From Balanoglossus misakiensis (lineage: Eukaryota > Animalia > Hemichordata): a DNA stretch of 64,000 nucleotides. Below, piece by piece: positions 1 to 12,800 of the stretch (the stretch's first letter is position 1; each line of letters begins with the position of its first letter). The DNA is taken from the NCBI GenBank assembly GCA_040954595.2, contig CM082591.2, positions 2,966,259-3,030,258 of the forward strand. Reading direction: 5' to 3'. A model generated the notes under the pieces. The model had not been told where the DNA came from. It made no database searches and worked only from the letters and a program-made list of their open reading frames with translations. Made by a program: the position numbers and the translations under genes.

Positions 1-3000
1 TGCTGGCTCTTCCGCCCGTAGCCTGTTTGCCAACGTGTCATCCTGCGAGTACAGGTACCTGTCCCTCATGGTGAAGAGGGCCTTGAAGACAGAAAATCTC
101 CCTTCTCCCTTTCGAAGATGCTGTATGAAAAGATGCTTATTTTTATTGAAGTATTTATCTTTTGTATACGTTGATGTAAGACCAAGTGATGGGCAATCAG
201 CCGTTAACATTGTACCAAGTACCTTCAGAAGTTGTGAAGGAGATACACTCTTAAGCCCTTTGTCCTCCCATAGTTTCACATAGCCCTCCCTTGCAGCAAA
301 TCCAGTGCTGTTTATCACTCCACCGTACAGCACTGTTGCAGGGAGACCCTGACTTCTTCGCAGCTGGCCTAAGCTGGCTAGAAATGCATTTGATGAGCAG
401 TAGCTAGCTTGGCCTGTATTACCAAGGAGGGCCACGATGGAGGACAGCAACACAAAGTACTTGATGGGGAACTGCATCTGCACTGTTAACTTATGGAGCA
501 CCAGGGCACCATAGGCCTTAACAGCCATCACTCTATTCCACATGTCAGCTGTTACGGTTTGCAACAAGCTGTCCGCATACACTACTGCACAGTGGAATAT
601 GCCTTCCACCTGAGGTATGTTATCATCAAGCTTGATATCAGTCAATGCCTTTCCAATCTGGTCGTAGCTTGAGACATCAACTGCCATTATCTCGATACAT
701 ACACCAGTGCTTCTCAGCTTTGCGAATTTCTGTTGGATTTCTTCTTCCGGGTGCTTGCTTCGGGAAAATATGATAACATACTTCGCTCCACACCTGACAA
801 GCCATTCTACAATCTCAGCACCAAATCCTCTGGACCCACCAGTCACAATATAAGATGACTTCCCATCCAAGTGAAAATCGGTATCTTCGAAGTCGAGTGG
901 TACGGAGAACACTTCATCATCTACAGTGACAACTTCCCCAGTAACTGTGTTATGCCTTTGTGTTGACAGTTCAGACAGATGAACATTACTGCAGAGTTTC
1001 TTCAGAAGCTGGTGGGTCTCATCTGATGACGACAGAGTTTCAAATAGTGCCTTTGCTTTCTGTTGGAAGAAATTTGATGAGACAACATTGTCTACGATAG
1101 TGTGCACATGTGTGACAACTACATTGGCGAGTGGAGGCAATGTAGCCCTGATTTTCTCGTCAATCATCTTGTTCTTCTGAAAGATTATCGTCCCCATTGG
1201 TCTTAGACTGGAACAAAGATCCTGTATTTGACTCGTCTTAAGGACTGCACCATCAGTGAATATGATAGTGTCATATTCATCAGGAAACTGGTTTGTAGGG
1301 CTTGATCTTTCACTGTCAGTATGATAGTCACTGGTTGATATGGTGTCACCTCCTTTCGGATCAAGGACAAGAGATTTAACTGACCATCCAAGGGACCTGG
1401 CCAAACTTGCAAGTACTGCACCCTCGACATCGCTTGTGTCATTTTGATATATCAGCAACCCACTGCCACCATCTGGAGATGTGGCTGTCATGTTTACAAA
1501 GGGAAGCAGCAGGTGGACAGTAGCTGTCAAAGCTTCACTCGCTGAAATTGGTTCAGGTATTTTACAGAGGAAATTAGCATCCACGGATTTTGTTGATGTT
1601 AGGTTTCCAGTATTGACTCCCATTACCATATCACCCGCTTGCAGTGTCTCCAACACTGCATCCCCGTCACGAACACTTCCACAGTAGAAGACCTTCAAAC
1701 TATTGGGACCATCATCTGTGTTATTTTCATCTACAATGGGCATGTAGCATGTCACATCGATCTGTACTTTCCCTGCAGACCTATTTTCATCTTGGATGTT
1801 CTCCTGTCTTTTGATCATCCATGATGAGTCCTTATTGTCTGTAAGCATCCAGGATTTTGTCTGGATAGTCCCATGGAAAAGTGTCTGTGGTTTTACCAAG
1901 ACACGTGGGGAGTAGATATCAAAAGACTCGCCATCTTCTGCACAGGGTCTCAGAGCTACATGGTTCTCATAAAGTGGGGGGTTCTTTAGGACATTAAAGA
2001 CAGATTTGACCAGGTCTCGATTGTGAGGGATCAGCGGCATGTCAATCGTGTACACAGGGAATTCTGGGTTCTCGTGGATAACAGTGAGTCCAACTGCTGG
2101 AACTGCTGTCATTGCTGGGAGCGTCTCTTCTCCATCAGTGACTGCTTGAGCACTTTTACTGATCAGCCAGAGTGTGGGATAATCACCATCAGTGATGCTG
2201 TTAAGTATGTTGTAGATTCTTACGCCCATGACACCTCCAATACATTGCGTTTCTTCAAACACCTTCAAGTTGGCCAGACTTTCGACATCCTGCTTCGTGC
2301 CAAGTGGTGCAGCCAGAATGATATCACTTGGGGCGTATGATTTACAGACCTCTGAAAACATTTCTTCCCATGACGAGTCAAGAAAGGACTCGCTTGAAAT
2401 TGTCTTGATTTCATCTCCATTTTCCAACATTTCTGTGACCAAAGCTGCAGAGAAGCCCGCCTTGTCTTCGATAACGAGATATTTCCGTTGTTTCATATTC
2501 TCAGCTGTTACCAATGATGGATTGTACTGACCACTGACTGAGATAGATGATATTTTCTCCCAGGTATTGTACCAGAGCAGTAGCTCATCAGGGGATGAGC
2601 GTAACTCTGCAAACTTGAAACCTTTGATGTAGCAGAATATTTCCATGGTCTTGGCATCTGCTGCAGTTACATCACAAAACATCCCATCACCGTGTTTATT
2701 CAGCTTTGTGTAGAAAACAACACTTCTGGGCGCCCTTCCCTTTAGTTTCAGTTCTTGGATCGAACGTGGAACACCAAAGGTAGGGGCAAAGGGGACTTTG
2801 GCAACTTTGGCAGCTTTTTTGTCCAAGAAGTATTTCTGGACAGCATAGGCCTGGAAAATGGAGTCGAGATAGGCAGGGTGAAAAATGTACCTGCTGGACT
2901 CCTGTTGGACTTCCTCCGACATTACCGAATAGAAGACCCCTTCTGCAGCACTGTCGTTTATGTAGACCTCTGAATTACAATAGAAAGAGCTTCCCAAAGT

Positions 3001-6000
3001 GAAGCCACATTCTACTGCAAGCTTAAAGAACTCTTCCTTGAAGAGCGTTATGTTGCATCTACTTTTCGTCTCTTCGACGCTGAGGTAAGCCTGGGACGTG
3101 TCAATTTCCTCATTCGATTTGAGGCACAATTCCATTGTTGAATGTAAAATCCACAAGCCACTGTTTGTATCTTTACTTCGAAGGGACAGCTTCGCGTTGT
3201 CCCCCTCGCCTTCCTCCACTGTAGTTTCGATGACTATAGTGTCTGAGGCAGAGGTTGGCGCAAACAGGAAGCGCTCAAACCACAAATTCTGAAGCTTCGT
3301 GTCTGCTTCTTGTGGTTTCAACTCTTGCGTTGCTGCCAGGGCTGTTTCCACATATGCAGCAGCTGGGACTATGACATTTCCTTGTACAACATGGTCTTTC
3401 AACCATGGAAGTTTCACAGTGGAAATTTCCGATTTCCATACAGAGATAGGACAATCAACAAGGTGTGACATATCCTGTCTTTCTCCAAGTAATACATGAT
3501 GTCTGAGAGGAAATCGATATAATTCTCTTCCACTTTCAGTCTCACAGCTACAGTTTACCTTTTGCCATGGGTAAGAGGGAACCGAACATTTCATGTACTG
3601 ACCATGCCTGAACAGGCTTTCCAAATCCACTTGACACCCTTCAACATAAAGCTTTCCAAATGACTGCATGAGATCTACAAGATCATCTGACATTACACTG
3701 ATGTCACGTGGTCTTTTCATAGAGTGGGTGATAAAGGGCTTTGAATGGCGAGATTTGCTGGCAGTAAAGATTTCATTCATTACTGGGTTCAAGGCTGGAT
3801 GTGGGCCAATTTCAAGGAAGCTTGTGTAACCCTCATCGAGTAACTTCTCAACTGCTGGCATAAAATTTACCTGTTGTCTGATATTACTGTACCAGTAGTT
3901 TGGGTCCCTGGCTTCCCTGACACTGACTATTTCATTAGTAACTGTGGACACCATCGGAATTGTTGGGCTATGAATGGTTTGTTCAACTGACTCAGTAAGA
4001 AACTTGACTTTCTTCAGAAATCGAGATTTGACAGCTTCTTGCTGAAAGCTGTGGAACGCATTATTGACTTTCAGAACAACACTTTTGATATTGTCTGCCT
4101 TGAGATCAGCCGAAAACTTATGTACTGCCTCAGTTTCACCTGAAAGCACAATTTGTGAGGGGCTATTAACAGCAGCTATGTCAAGCTTTTTCTGGAGAGA
4201 ACTATTTTCAAGTTTGCTTTTTACTTCTTCGATTGGGTGCAAAACAGCTAGCATTGTACCTGAACCACTTGTATGTCTCAGCTGGCGCCCTCTGTTGTAG
4301 ATAATCCGGACAGCATCTTCTAGTGACAGCAAACCTGCAGTGAAGGCTGCTGCTACCTCGCCTACACTGTGACCGACGATGGCGTGCGGGTTGACTCCAC
4401 ACAACCGCCATAGCTCAACGAGTCCGATCTGAATAGCACAAATTGCTGGCTGGGCGATTTCTGAAGTCAAATCAGAGAGGCATTATCGTGTTAACATAAA
4501 TGTAACTTTTCGTGTAAACAAAAACAATCGCTGCAAATAAAGTAAGTACCATAATATTTTACATCACCAGTGAAAGATGTATGTTATAACCCTTTTCGTT
4601 TTCACTTATGTTATACATTCATACTTCTATTTTTATGCCTACCTGTTTTGTTGACGAGTTCCCTGTCACTTTCGAGAGTTAACAGCTTAACAAGAGACCA
4701 CTTGGCTCCACATTTCTGTAGAATTTTGTCGATTCTCTGTTGATAAAAAAGAAAGTGTAAATTTGTCAATATTACATTGGCTACCAAGCATGTCTTTGTC
4801 AATCATGATGAATTTATGACTTATCACATATCTCTTTTTCACCAAACGTGAGCCATGTTTTCTTACCTTTATTGTATCTCTGAATGGCAAAAAGGAATTC
4901 ATCAGTTGCCTGGCCATACCCCACCACTGCGTTCCCATGCCAGAAAACACAAACACGACATGTGATTGTATCGATGTACGTGCCACGCCCTCAATCAAAT
5001 TATCCGATGTCTTCCCTTCCAGTCTTTTTCTCAGTTCATGGAGTATGTCTTGTTTTGTTCTCCCAACAACAGCAACTCGGTGTGAATGGTGCTGACTTTT
5101 CAATGCTGAAGTGTATGCAGCATTTGCAATAGCGGTGACATCACTTCCTGTGTCGTGCTCCAGGTAATCAATCCAATCAGACACGCGCTGTTCAATTGCT
5201 TCTTTGGTAGCTGCTGATGTTACCAGAATGATTGGTAACTGACTTTGGTTTATCTGAAGTGTCTCCATTGTAGATCTTCTAGATACTTGCTGTGGTTTTC
5301 TGTTTTCGTTCTGGTCGACATAGTGTGGTGGAGTGTATGCCTCAAAAACAATATGCGCATTTGCACCACCAAATCCGAATGAACTGCACCCAGCCAGCAT
5401 TTTCGAAGTTTGAGGCCAATTGAGACAGCTGTCTGGGATGTCTATACCATTCATCTTGAAGTCGATTTTCGGGTTTCCCTCTTTGAAATGAACAACTGGT
5501 GGAATCTTCTTATTCTTCAGACACACGGCTACTTTGATGACCCCAGCTACACCAGCCGCTCCTTCTGAGTGGCCAAAGTTGGACTTGACAGACCCAATGT
5601 AAAGTGGTTTCTTATCTTCTGGTCTCATTCTGCCCATTGCTTCTCCCAGAGCGTTGGCTTCTGTTGTGTCTCCTACCTGAGTACCTGTGCCATGGGCTTC
5701 CACATACTGGACGTCTTGTGGGTCGACATTTGCATGTCTGTATGCTTTCTCCACCAGCTGGACTTGGGCTTCGTAGCTGGGGTTCGCAATGCCAGGTGTA
5801 CGGCCGTCATTTGTGAGGGCACCCCCACGGATCACTGCATAAATCTGATCGCCGTCGTCCACTGCTGCCTGCAACGGTTTCAGGATCACCACTCCAGCTC
5901 CTTCGCTTCGAGAATAGCCATCTGCCGAGGCGTCGAAGCTTTTACACCTGCCATCAGGAGACAGCATGCCAGCCTGGCAGAAGCCAGCGCTTGTACCCGG

Positions 6001-7063
6001 CAACAGCAGCAAGTTGACGCCGCCAGCGACTGCCATCTGGCAGTCCCCGTTCCTGATGGCTTCGCTGGCTTGGTGGATGGCATAGAGGGATGACGAGCAC
6101 GCCGTGTCTATGGAGAAGCTTGGACCCCTGAAATCGAACTCGTAGGAAATCCTGTTGGAAGCCATACAGGTGTTGACGCCCGAGTTTGTGTACTGGCTGA
6201 TGTTGTCCGCAGGATGTGATGCTAGCGACGTGAATTCATTTGCTGTGATACCGATATACACACCGGTATTTGTACCTCGGACATCAGAGGGTGGCATGCC
6301 AGCATCTTCCAAACCTTCAAAGACAACTTCAAGAAGCAGGCGTACTTGGGGGTCCAGACTTGCTGCTTCATCTAAAATCACGGAAAGTAATATTCAGCCA
6401 ATAAAGTGATTGTCTAAAAAACGTGGTTAATTTACACACAGGCAAATCAGTCTATATAGTATACAACTGACTACTAGTTCAACTTGACGATCAGAAAACC
6501 AGACATGTTGTTGAATGGCGTCTTTAAAAAGTTGTACATGCGCAGTTCAGACTACCCTCGCCCTTACAAATGTTTGTTTCCCTACCTGGAGGAATCTTGA
6601 AGAACTGTCTGTCAAATGAATACACGTCATGATGTAGGTAACCACCACGCTGGTTGTACATTTTGCCTTTGGTTTTGTTGTTGGGACCACCAGGGTAAAC
6701 AAAGTAAGATGTGTCAAATCTGGAATATGGAACGATAATTTTTGTCAGTACACTAAACCAGGGGATGTCACAACAAAATTCAAATCTGCACCCATTTCAC
6801 AAATACATTATGGATCAGAGCCCGGGGATTACTCAATCGCGCCCTCTATGTTCAGATAAGTCTAGATCTTACCTATCGTCTGGTGTCGCTGATGTGCAGT
6901 CCATCCCTTCAACTAACATCTTCCAGAACTTTTGAGCATCGTCGATGCCGTTGGCGTAGCGACAGCCGATGCCGACAATGGCCACCTTTCGGTCAAGCGG
7001 AAGACTTGGGTCATCGTCGACCAGGCGACTCCTTAACTGTTTCTTACTTGCTGTGTTCCCCAT
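1..7063 (-). CDS. Animal iterative type I polyketide synthase, KS-AT-DH-(degenerate ER)-KR; 3' end (ACP etc.) lies beyond the window. Exons 7063-6873, 6719-6586, 6371-4867, 4736-4643, 4460-<1
   Basis: Motifs read from translation. KS: DTACSSS, EAHGTGT, KSNFGHSEGAAG. AT: VFVFSGMGTQW, GHSVGE, NAFHS. DH: LKDHVVQGNVIVPAA and HPAYLDSIFQ. KR: YIVTGGSRGFG and GNTGQASYCSSN. GT-AG introns keep frame, and frame is consistent at both ends of the >4.4 kb exon and in the segments translated. Confidence 0.95.
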
Positions 7064-9805
7064 CACTAATTAAATGAAATTAATACCCAGTTTCTCAAAG
7101 CCAGACCGTCAGCTTGTCTGAGACTTCAGTGGCAAGGCCCAACTCGTACCCAGAACACTGGTGGGAGACTTTCTGCGTCACACATCAAGCAGCCCACGCC
7201 AACATCCCCTGCGCAAAGAGAAACCAATAATTACAAGTCAGTTTCTGCTGTTCGTCGGATTTCGTGGAATGCGGTATACGTGGCGATAGCGAAACTTTGA
7301 GGATAAGGGATTTTCCACCATGCATGAACTTTAATAATATGTAGTGCATTTAAAATATCCACGCGTCTTATATCTCTTCCTACTCAACTTCCTCCTATTT
7401 TGAACGAAAGGTAAACAGAATTCTATCAATATGGCCGAAGGAGGAAGTCAAGCGTTTGTAATTTGTTCAACTGGTAAACGAGCAACTTTTACTGGAATAA
7501 ATGTTCACATACATGTAGGTTGTCGTTTGTTGTTTTCGTCATCTTATTTCCGTCATTAATATAAATCATATCGCATAAATTTAAGACGTGTACTTTTGAC
7601 ATTTGCTGGGTTTATATACAGCCTTGGCAAAAAGAGGGTTTTGTTCAATTGTTCAATGTACGCGCGTGAGCAGTGTATAAAATGCGCACTGAATGTACGT
7701 CACTGTAACTTGAAAATATTTCTCACAAAGTTAGTTTTGTGTTCTAATTATTACTTGTTTTAACACTCACCTCAGTTGACATCGCAGGACAATATGTCAC
7801 AGCACAGCCACCTTGAACTTGATAAAGTGAAAAACGAGGGAATCCCAGCAGACCGTGGCACAGTGGACGGCAGGTACTAGTCAACTCCGTTAATTGAAGA
7901 AAGGGAACGTGTGTGTAGCTTGCCTGGGTCGTGACACGGGTCATACGACAGTCCATAGATATTGCTGACGACACGTAGCAACGGCTGTAAAGACAACATT
8001 GCACATGCCAATATACACCTGCGACACAGTACCATAACAGCAGCTACGTGTCCCGAAATTTATAATACTAGTGATCGATTTTTTGTGAATGTGAAAAACA
8101 ATAACCCAATACTATAAATCATATAACTTTATTTTATAAGACGTACTTCCTTATCACTTTTGTTAGCTGAGTACAATTTAGAACAAGTAAAACTTACCAA
8201 GGAGGAGGAAGGGGGGGGGGTACAAAAGTCTTACGCATAATTTATAAAGCGCGTGTCTCGAGCACAGTCTATATAAATACATGATATAGAGACAGTGTAG
8301 ACTCCAGTATATTCGACTGACCTGGCCCATAATTTAACCACGAGAAACAATGAAATGTTTGAAGTGAGATCGTAAATATACCAGTTCTGATCGAAACACA
8401 TAAAACTTGTGCCTTGTAAAATACTTAAATTCCATTGCAGACAAAAGGATAGGCAGTAAAAGTTTCGCCAAAGATCCGGGTTCATGACCTGTCGTGTTGG
8501 AGTAGTGCGAGTGTATAATTTAAGTGCTGGACGATCACGCCTAGTGTCGGTATACCGTGTACTGTATTAAAGCTTCATACTTTATTATATACATGTATTT
8601 TTGGGGGTAGCTCAAGGCTGCCCGAGCGAGAAATACAAATACCATACCCATTACATGTACACCACATGGAAATATGTACATCTTTATGTCATCAACTCGT
8701 TTACCGCTCCAACTTTATCCAAATTGGCACAGACTGTGTCCCTGTTAGGTCTATACCTACGCCAGGCAATGACCTCAGTGAAGGACAAAGGTACCAGAAT
8801 AGGAATGGGTATTTCCACCACTTCAGTCGTACAACAACAAAAGAATGTATTGTCTACATTTCCAAACAACTGGTTTTTCGCGGTGTGTGGTTGTGTCCAT
8901 TCAAACCTACTCGGGTTAGGTTACCGCTTGTACTGAAAGGCACAAAAAAAACTTTCTGCAGATAAAAGTCCAGTTTGAGGAACTAAATGAGAAAAAAACA
9001 ACATACATGAAAATAACACCATAAGCAAGTCCAAGGGCATGATGGGAAATATGCCATAAAAACCTGAAAAAGGGTCAGAAAATAAAGTGGTCCCATAAAC
9101 GCCCGCAAAATGGCCGCCATTTTGTTTCAGTGTAAACAGCAAAGGTTTATTTCCAATATAAAATGAATATCTCTTCTACTTCTCTGAAACGGTATGTGTC
9201 TTTCTTTTGTGAAAAGTACATAGTATTGATACTGGTATCACAAAGTTGGCAAAGCCTCAAAAAAACTGGGTGTACAAGACTCATGGTGCAATTTCAGATT
9301 TTCCAGACTGAAACGAATTTCTTTGGCATGGTTTGGCAAAGTTGAATAAAATTTCTACTTCTTAAAATTATCATTTTCTATTTTAGACAATATGGTGGAT
9401 CATCTCATGAATCTGCAAATATCCGATAATGAACATATTGTCAGCTAAATAGATCAGCAATAAATTGAAAAGTCTTTTTCTTAAGAAAAAATAATAAAGT
9501 GCTTTAGATATATGTACAAATTCATGTGATTAAAAAAACTTGTTCTACTTGTAAAATATTGTTTCAAATGTTGCAAAAATTAATATACTGTGGCATTGAC
9601 ATATAAGTATTTACAGAAAAATTTACAATATAGGTAATCATACACGCGTGCAGTGTTTGCAAATAACCATATTTTTCCCAAACATTATTGTTTATCATAT
9701 GTAGTTAATGGTTGTTTGGATGAAGTAGTTCCATAATTGTCACCCTTCGCGGGATGTGGTCCATCATCACAGGGTCCATGACGCATCCCGTATGTGACCA
9801 CCGCT

Positions 9806-12800
9806 TCACGTCAGGAACCCGGAAGACCTGAGAGGCGGGAGAAGGCCCCCGCTATTCCGGCCGTGCGGAATCTGGGACAACGACGGACTCACTGGAACCA
9901 GCATCCGACTCGGGCTCTGCAGAGAACTGTGCGACTGGCTCAGGTACAGAGTCTGCGGTTGGGGACTGCCCAACATCATGGTTCGCATGGAGTGCGTCGA
10001 CTGCTGCAGGTTGAAGTTGAATCGCGCTTGTTGTGTGTTTTTCACCTTCTTGGTGATGGCCCGCACCAGGTCCCTCGCGTGCTTCAGGCTGTAGGCTGCA
10101 AAGACAGGACAGTGATGCCAAAGATTTGAAAATGCTTCCTGATATAATGGATTACAAGCAACACAGTGGAACTGTTGGCAATTTTAGCTGAATGAGATCA
10201 AATGGTTAGAATACGGTTCCTTCTAAGATTTTTTTTATCAGGGGAACATGTACATGTATGTTGTCGCTAACACACCAGCCTGTTAAAACCAAACTTAATT
10301 TTTCCCACCTTTGAGTCTTGCTTTCATTTCGTCAGTAAAGTACGGACACTCAATCCACTCGTCAAAGTCCAGTATACAATCAAACGATGTCAGTCCCTGA
10401 ATATTCTTGTGCCTGACATTTGCCCCTAGCAATGATAAGAATAAGAGTCAATAGACCATTTTCCAAACTCCACGAGATCTCGGCACCACAACAGTATTAC
10501 AGATGATACACTTACCATTGTCTATGAGCACACTAGCTGAGTACATATTGTTGGACTGCATGGCAAAGAACAGAGGTGTGCACTGGTCATCGTTGAGGGC
10601 GTCAACGTCAGAACCATACGCCAGCAAAGTTTCTAAAATGTCTGTGGGTCCAGTCATGCCAGCTGCATAGTGTAGGGGTCTGTGTCAAACAAAGAGGTGG
10701 TTTTATTCAGCATTGAAAAATGTCACACAAGAAGTATTAAGATCCATGTCTTTTGTTTGTCATAGAAATACACTGTAATATGCACAGATCATCAAACAGG
10801 TATTAGTATAATAGTTATATAGATGAAGAAAAAGATATGACAAATCTCCATGTACATGTACATAAAACTTACGTGTTTCCTCCAGCGTATCTTTGATTCA
10901 TGTCAGCGCCGTTGTCTAACAGAAATTTCAATACATCCACTCTCTTCTTCCTGGTTGTGAAAAAAAAATAATTTAATGAGATTTCACTTCGTGAGAAATG
11001 TACATGTATATACCTTTCAAATGCAGATAGATGCCAATTAACTCGAGAAGTGTTACTCACACTTTTATTTGTTCTGTCAAGACTCGATGCATCAGGATAT
11101 CCTGTTCGCTTGGCTTGAAGCCAAACCCCTGTTCGACTAACCACACAGCGCAGTCCAAGAAATCGTTGGCGATAGACAGGTGTGGCAGACTTGGTGGGGA
11201 CTTGGGGTTTTCTGCGTCCAGGGCCTGTGAGATCTCCCCGCTGTTGTCGTGGTTCAGCAACAGAGCCAGTGCGTCAATCCTTCCCTGCATGGCACAGCAG
11301 TGGATGGCCAGCAGATCTTTGCAGTTGCGATGGGTCAGAGAAATGCTACTGTCAAGCTGCCATGAGAAACATGTGGACTTATTTAAATAATAGTAATAGT
11401 AATAGTAATAATGAATAACAACAATAATAATAATAATTTATTAATTTAGCAACTGTATCTACAATAGGTGATCCAAGCCACTTACAAATAGTACTGAGCA
11501 TAATAATGACTTATTTCTACTAACCAGTAGCTTAACACACTCTAGCTGTGTGGGTTTTCCTGATTCGCCATAACACTTCACATGTAATGCTGTGTTGCCC
11601 TCGTTATCCTCTGCATTGATATAACCACCATTATCGAGTAATACCTTTATATAAAAAACATTGGATATTAGTAAAGAGTGTTTTAAATCACAGCAGTAAC
11701 AACTGACATGTTAGAAAGATGAGAATACTTATAATGTAGTTTAAATTTCCTTGACCCAAATACAGTTTTTACTTGTTGGGTAAACTTATCTTAACCCAAG
11801 GTTTTTGCTTGTGGCCAGCTTCACTGTGGGACCCATGTGTACACATAACCATGACAGACTGAAACCAACCAACCAACCTGTATGGTATCAGCGTCTTTAG
11901 CTCTGTGCAACGCTGTAGCTCCTTTATAGTCCTGCAGGTTGACGTCAACTCTTTCCTTCAGAAGTTCTTTGATCACAGAAATGCAACCGAAATAGGAAGC
12001 TGTGTGAAGCAGTGTGCTACCATTGATGCATCTGTGAATGACAAAAAAAGAAATTGGAACAGTGGCCCTTTAATGTGCATGTAAATTGCACAGGGACTGT
12101 AACACGGTGGCCACTATATATCAGTGACCACTATATACAGGTGGCCACTAAAATAGGCTTGACTCTATGCGCAACATCTAAATGTGTAACTTTTAATATT
12201 TCGAACTTAGTACCTGCTTCTCAAACTTGCAAAAGTCACGATACCCATGACATGATCTTCAACAAGATGTCTCAGTAAATCCGTGTCACCATCCATTAAT
12301 TTTGGAATGGATGTTATCAGATGATCATAGTAATCTGAAAAAAAAATAAAATAAAATAGGATCAATAATTCATTTTTACGAATCAGTCATCCTGCCGCAA
12401 TTCAGAAAAAGGTTACTGAATGATAAGCCAAGTCATGCAATTGGTGGAACTCAGTGAGAGAATCATCAATTTTCCAACATGGGCCAATCAGAAAGGAGAT
12501 TACAGAATGACTGTACATACCAGTCAGGAATGTCTTCAGTTCATCGTTCCTCACCAAATCAAAGGCAGTTCGGCTCTGGTTGTTCTTTGAGTAGACATTG
12601 GCACCCCATTCTACAAGAAGCTGATATAACAAAGAAACCTCCACTTAGTAATCATGGATGTCTTACAGGTTCTTTAGTGTACACGAAACATTACTTGACA
12701 CTGAGTTCAGAGATGCATTGGTGATTATCCACTGCAAGTTTTTATGCCCCCTCCATTTCCCTCCCTCCTAAAACAGAATTTGTTAGTTGGTATAACATAC

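Noticed and set aside
5569-6409. Plus-strand ORFs overlapping the KS exon (and similar antisense ORFs elsewhere)
   Set aside because: Shadow ORFs of coding exons with no independent motifs.
1-7063. Bacterial contamination or recent horizontal transfer of the PKS
   Set aside because: Four canonical spliceosomal introns and contiguity with animal genes.
8603-8630. tRNA-like start GGGGTAGCTCAAG
   Set aside because: No T-loop (GTTCRA) or cloverleaf follows.
7740-9450. Probable old interspersed repeat fragments (also about 13090-13930 and 31990-33140)
   Set aside because: They look repeat-like, but no TIR/TSD pair or second copy could be established within the window.
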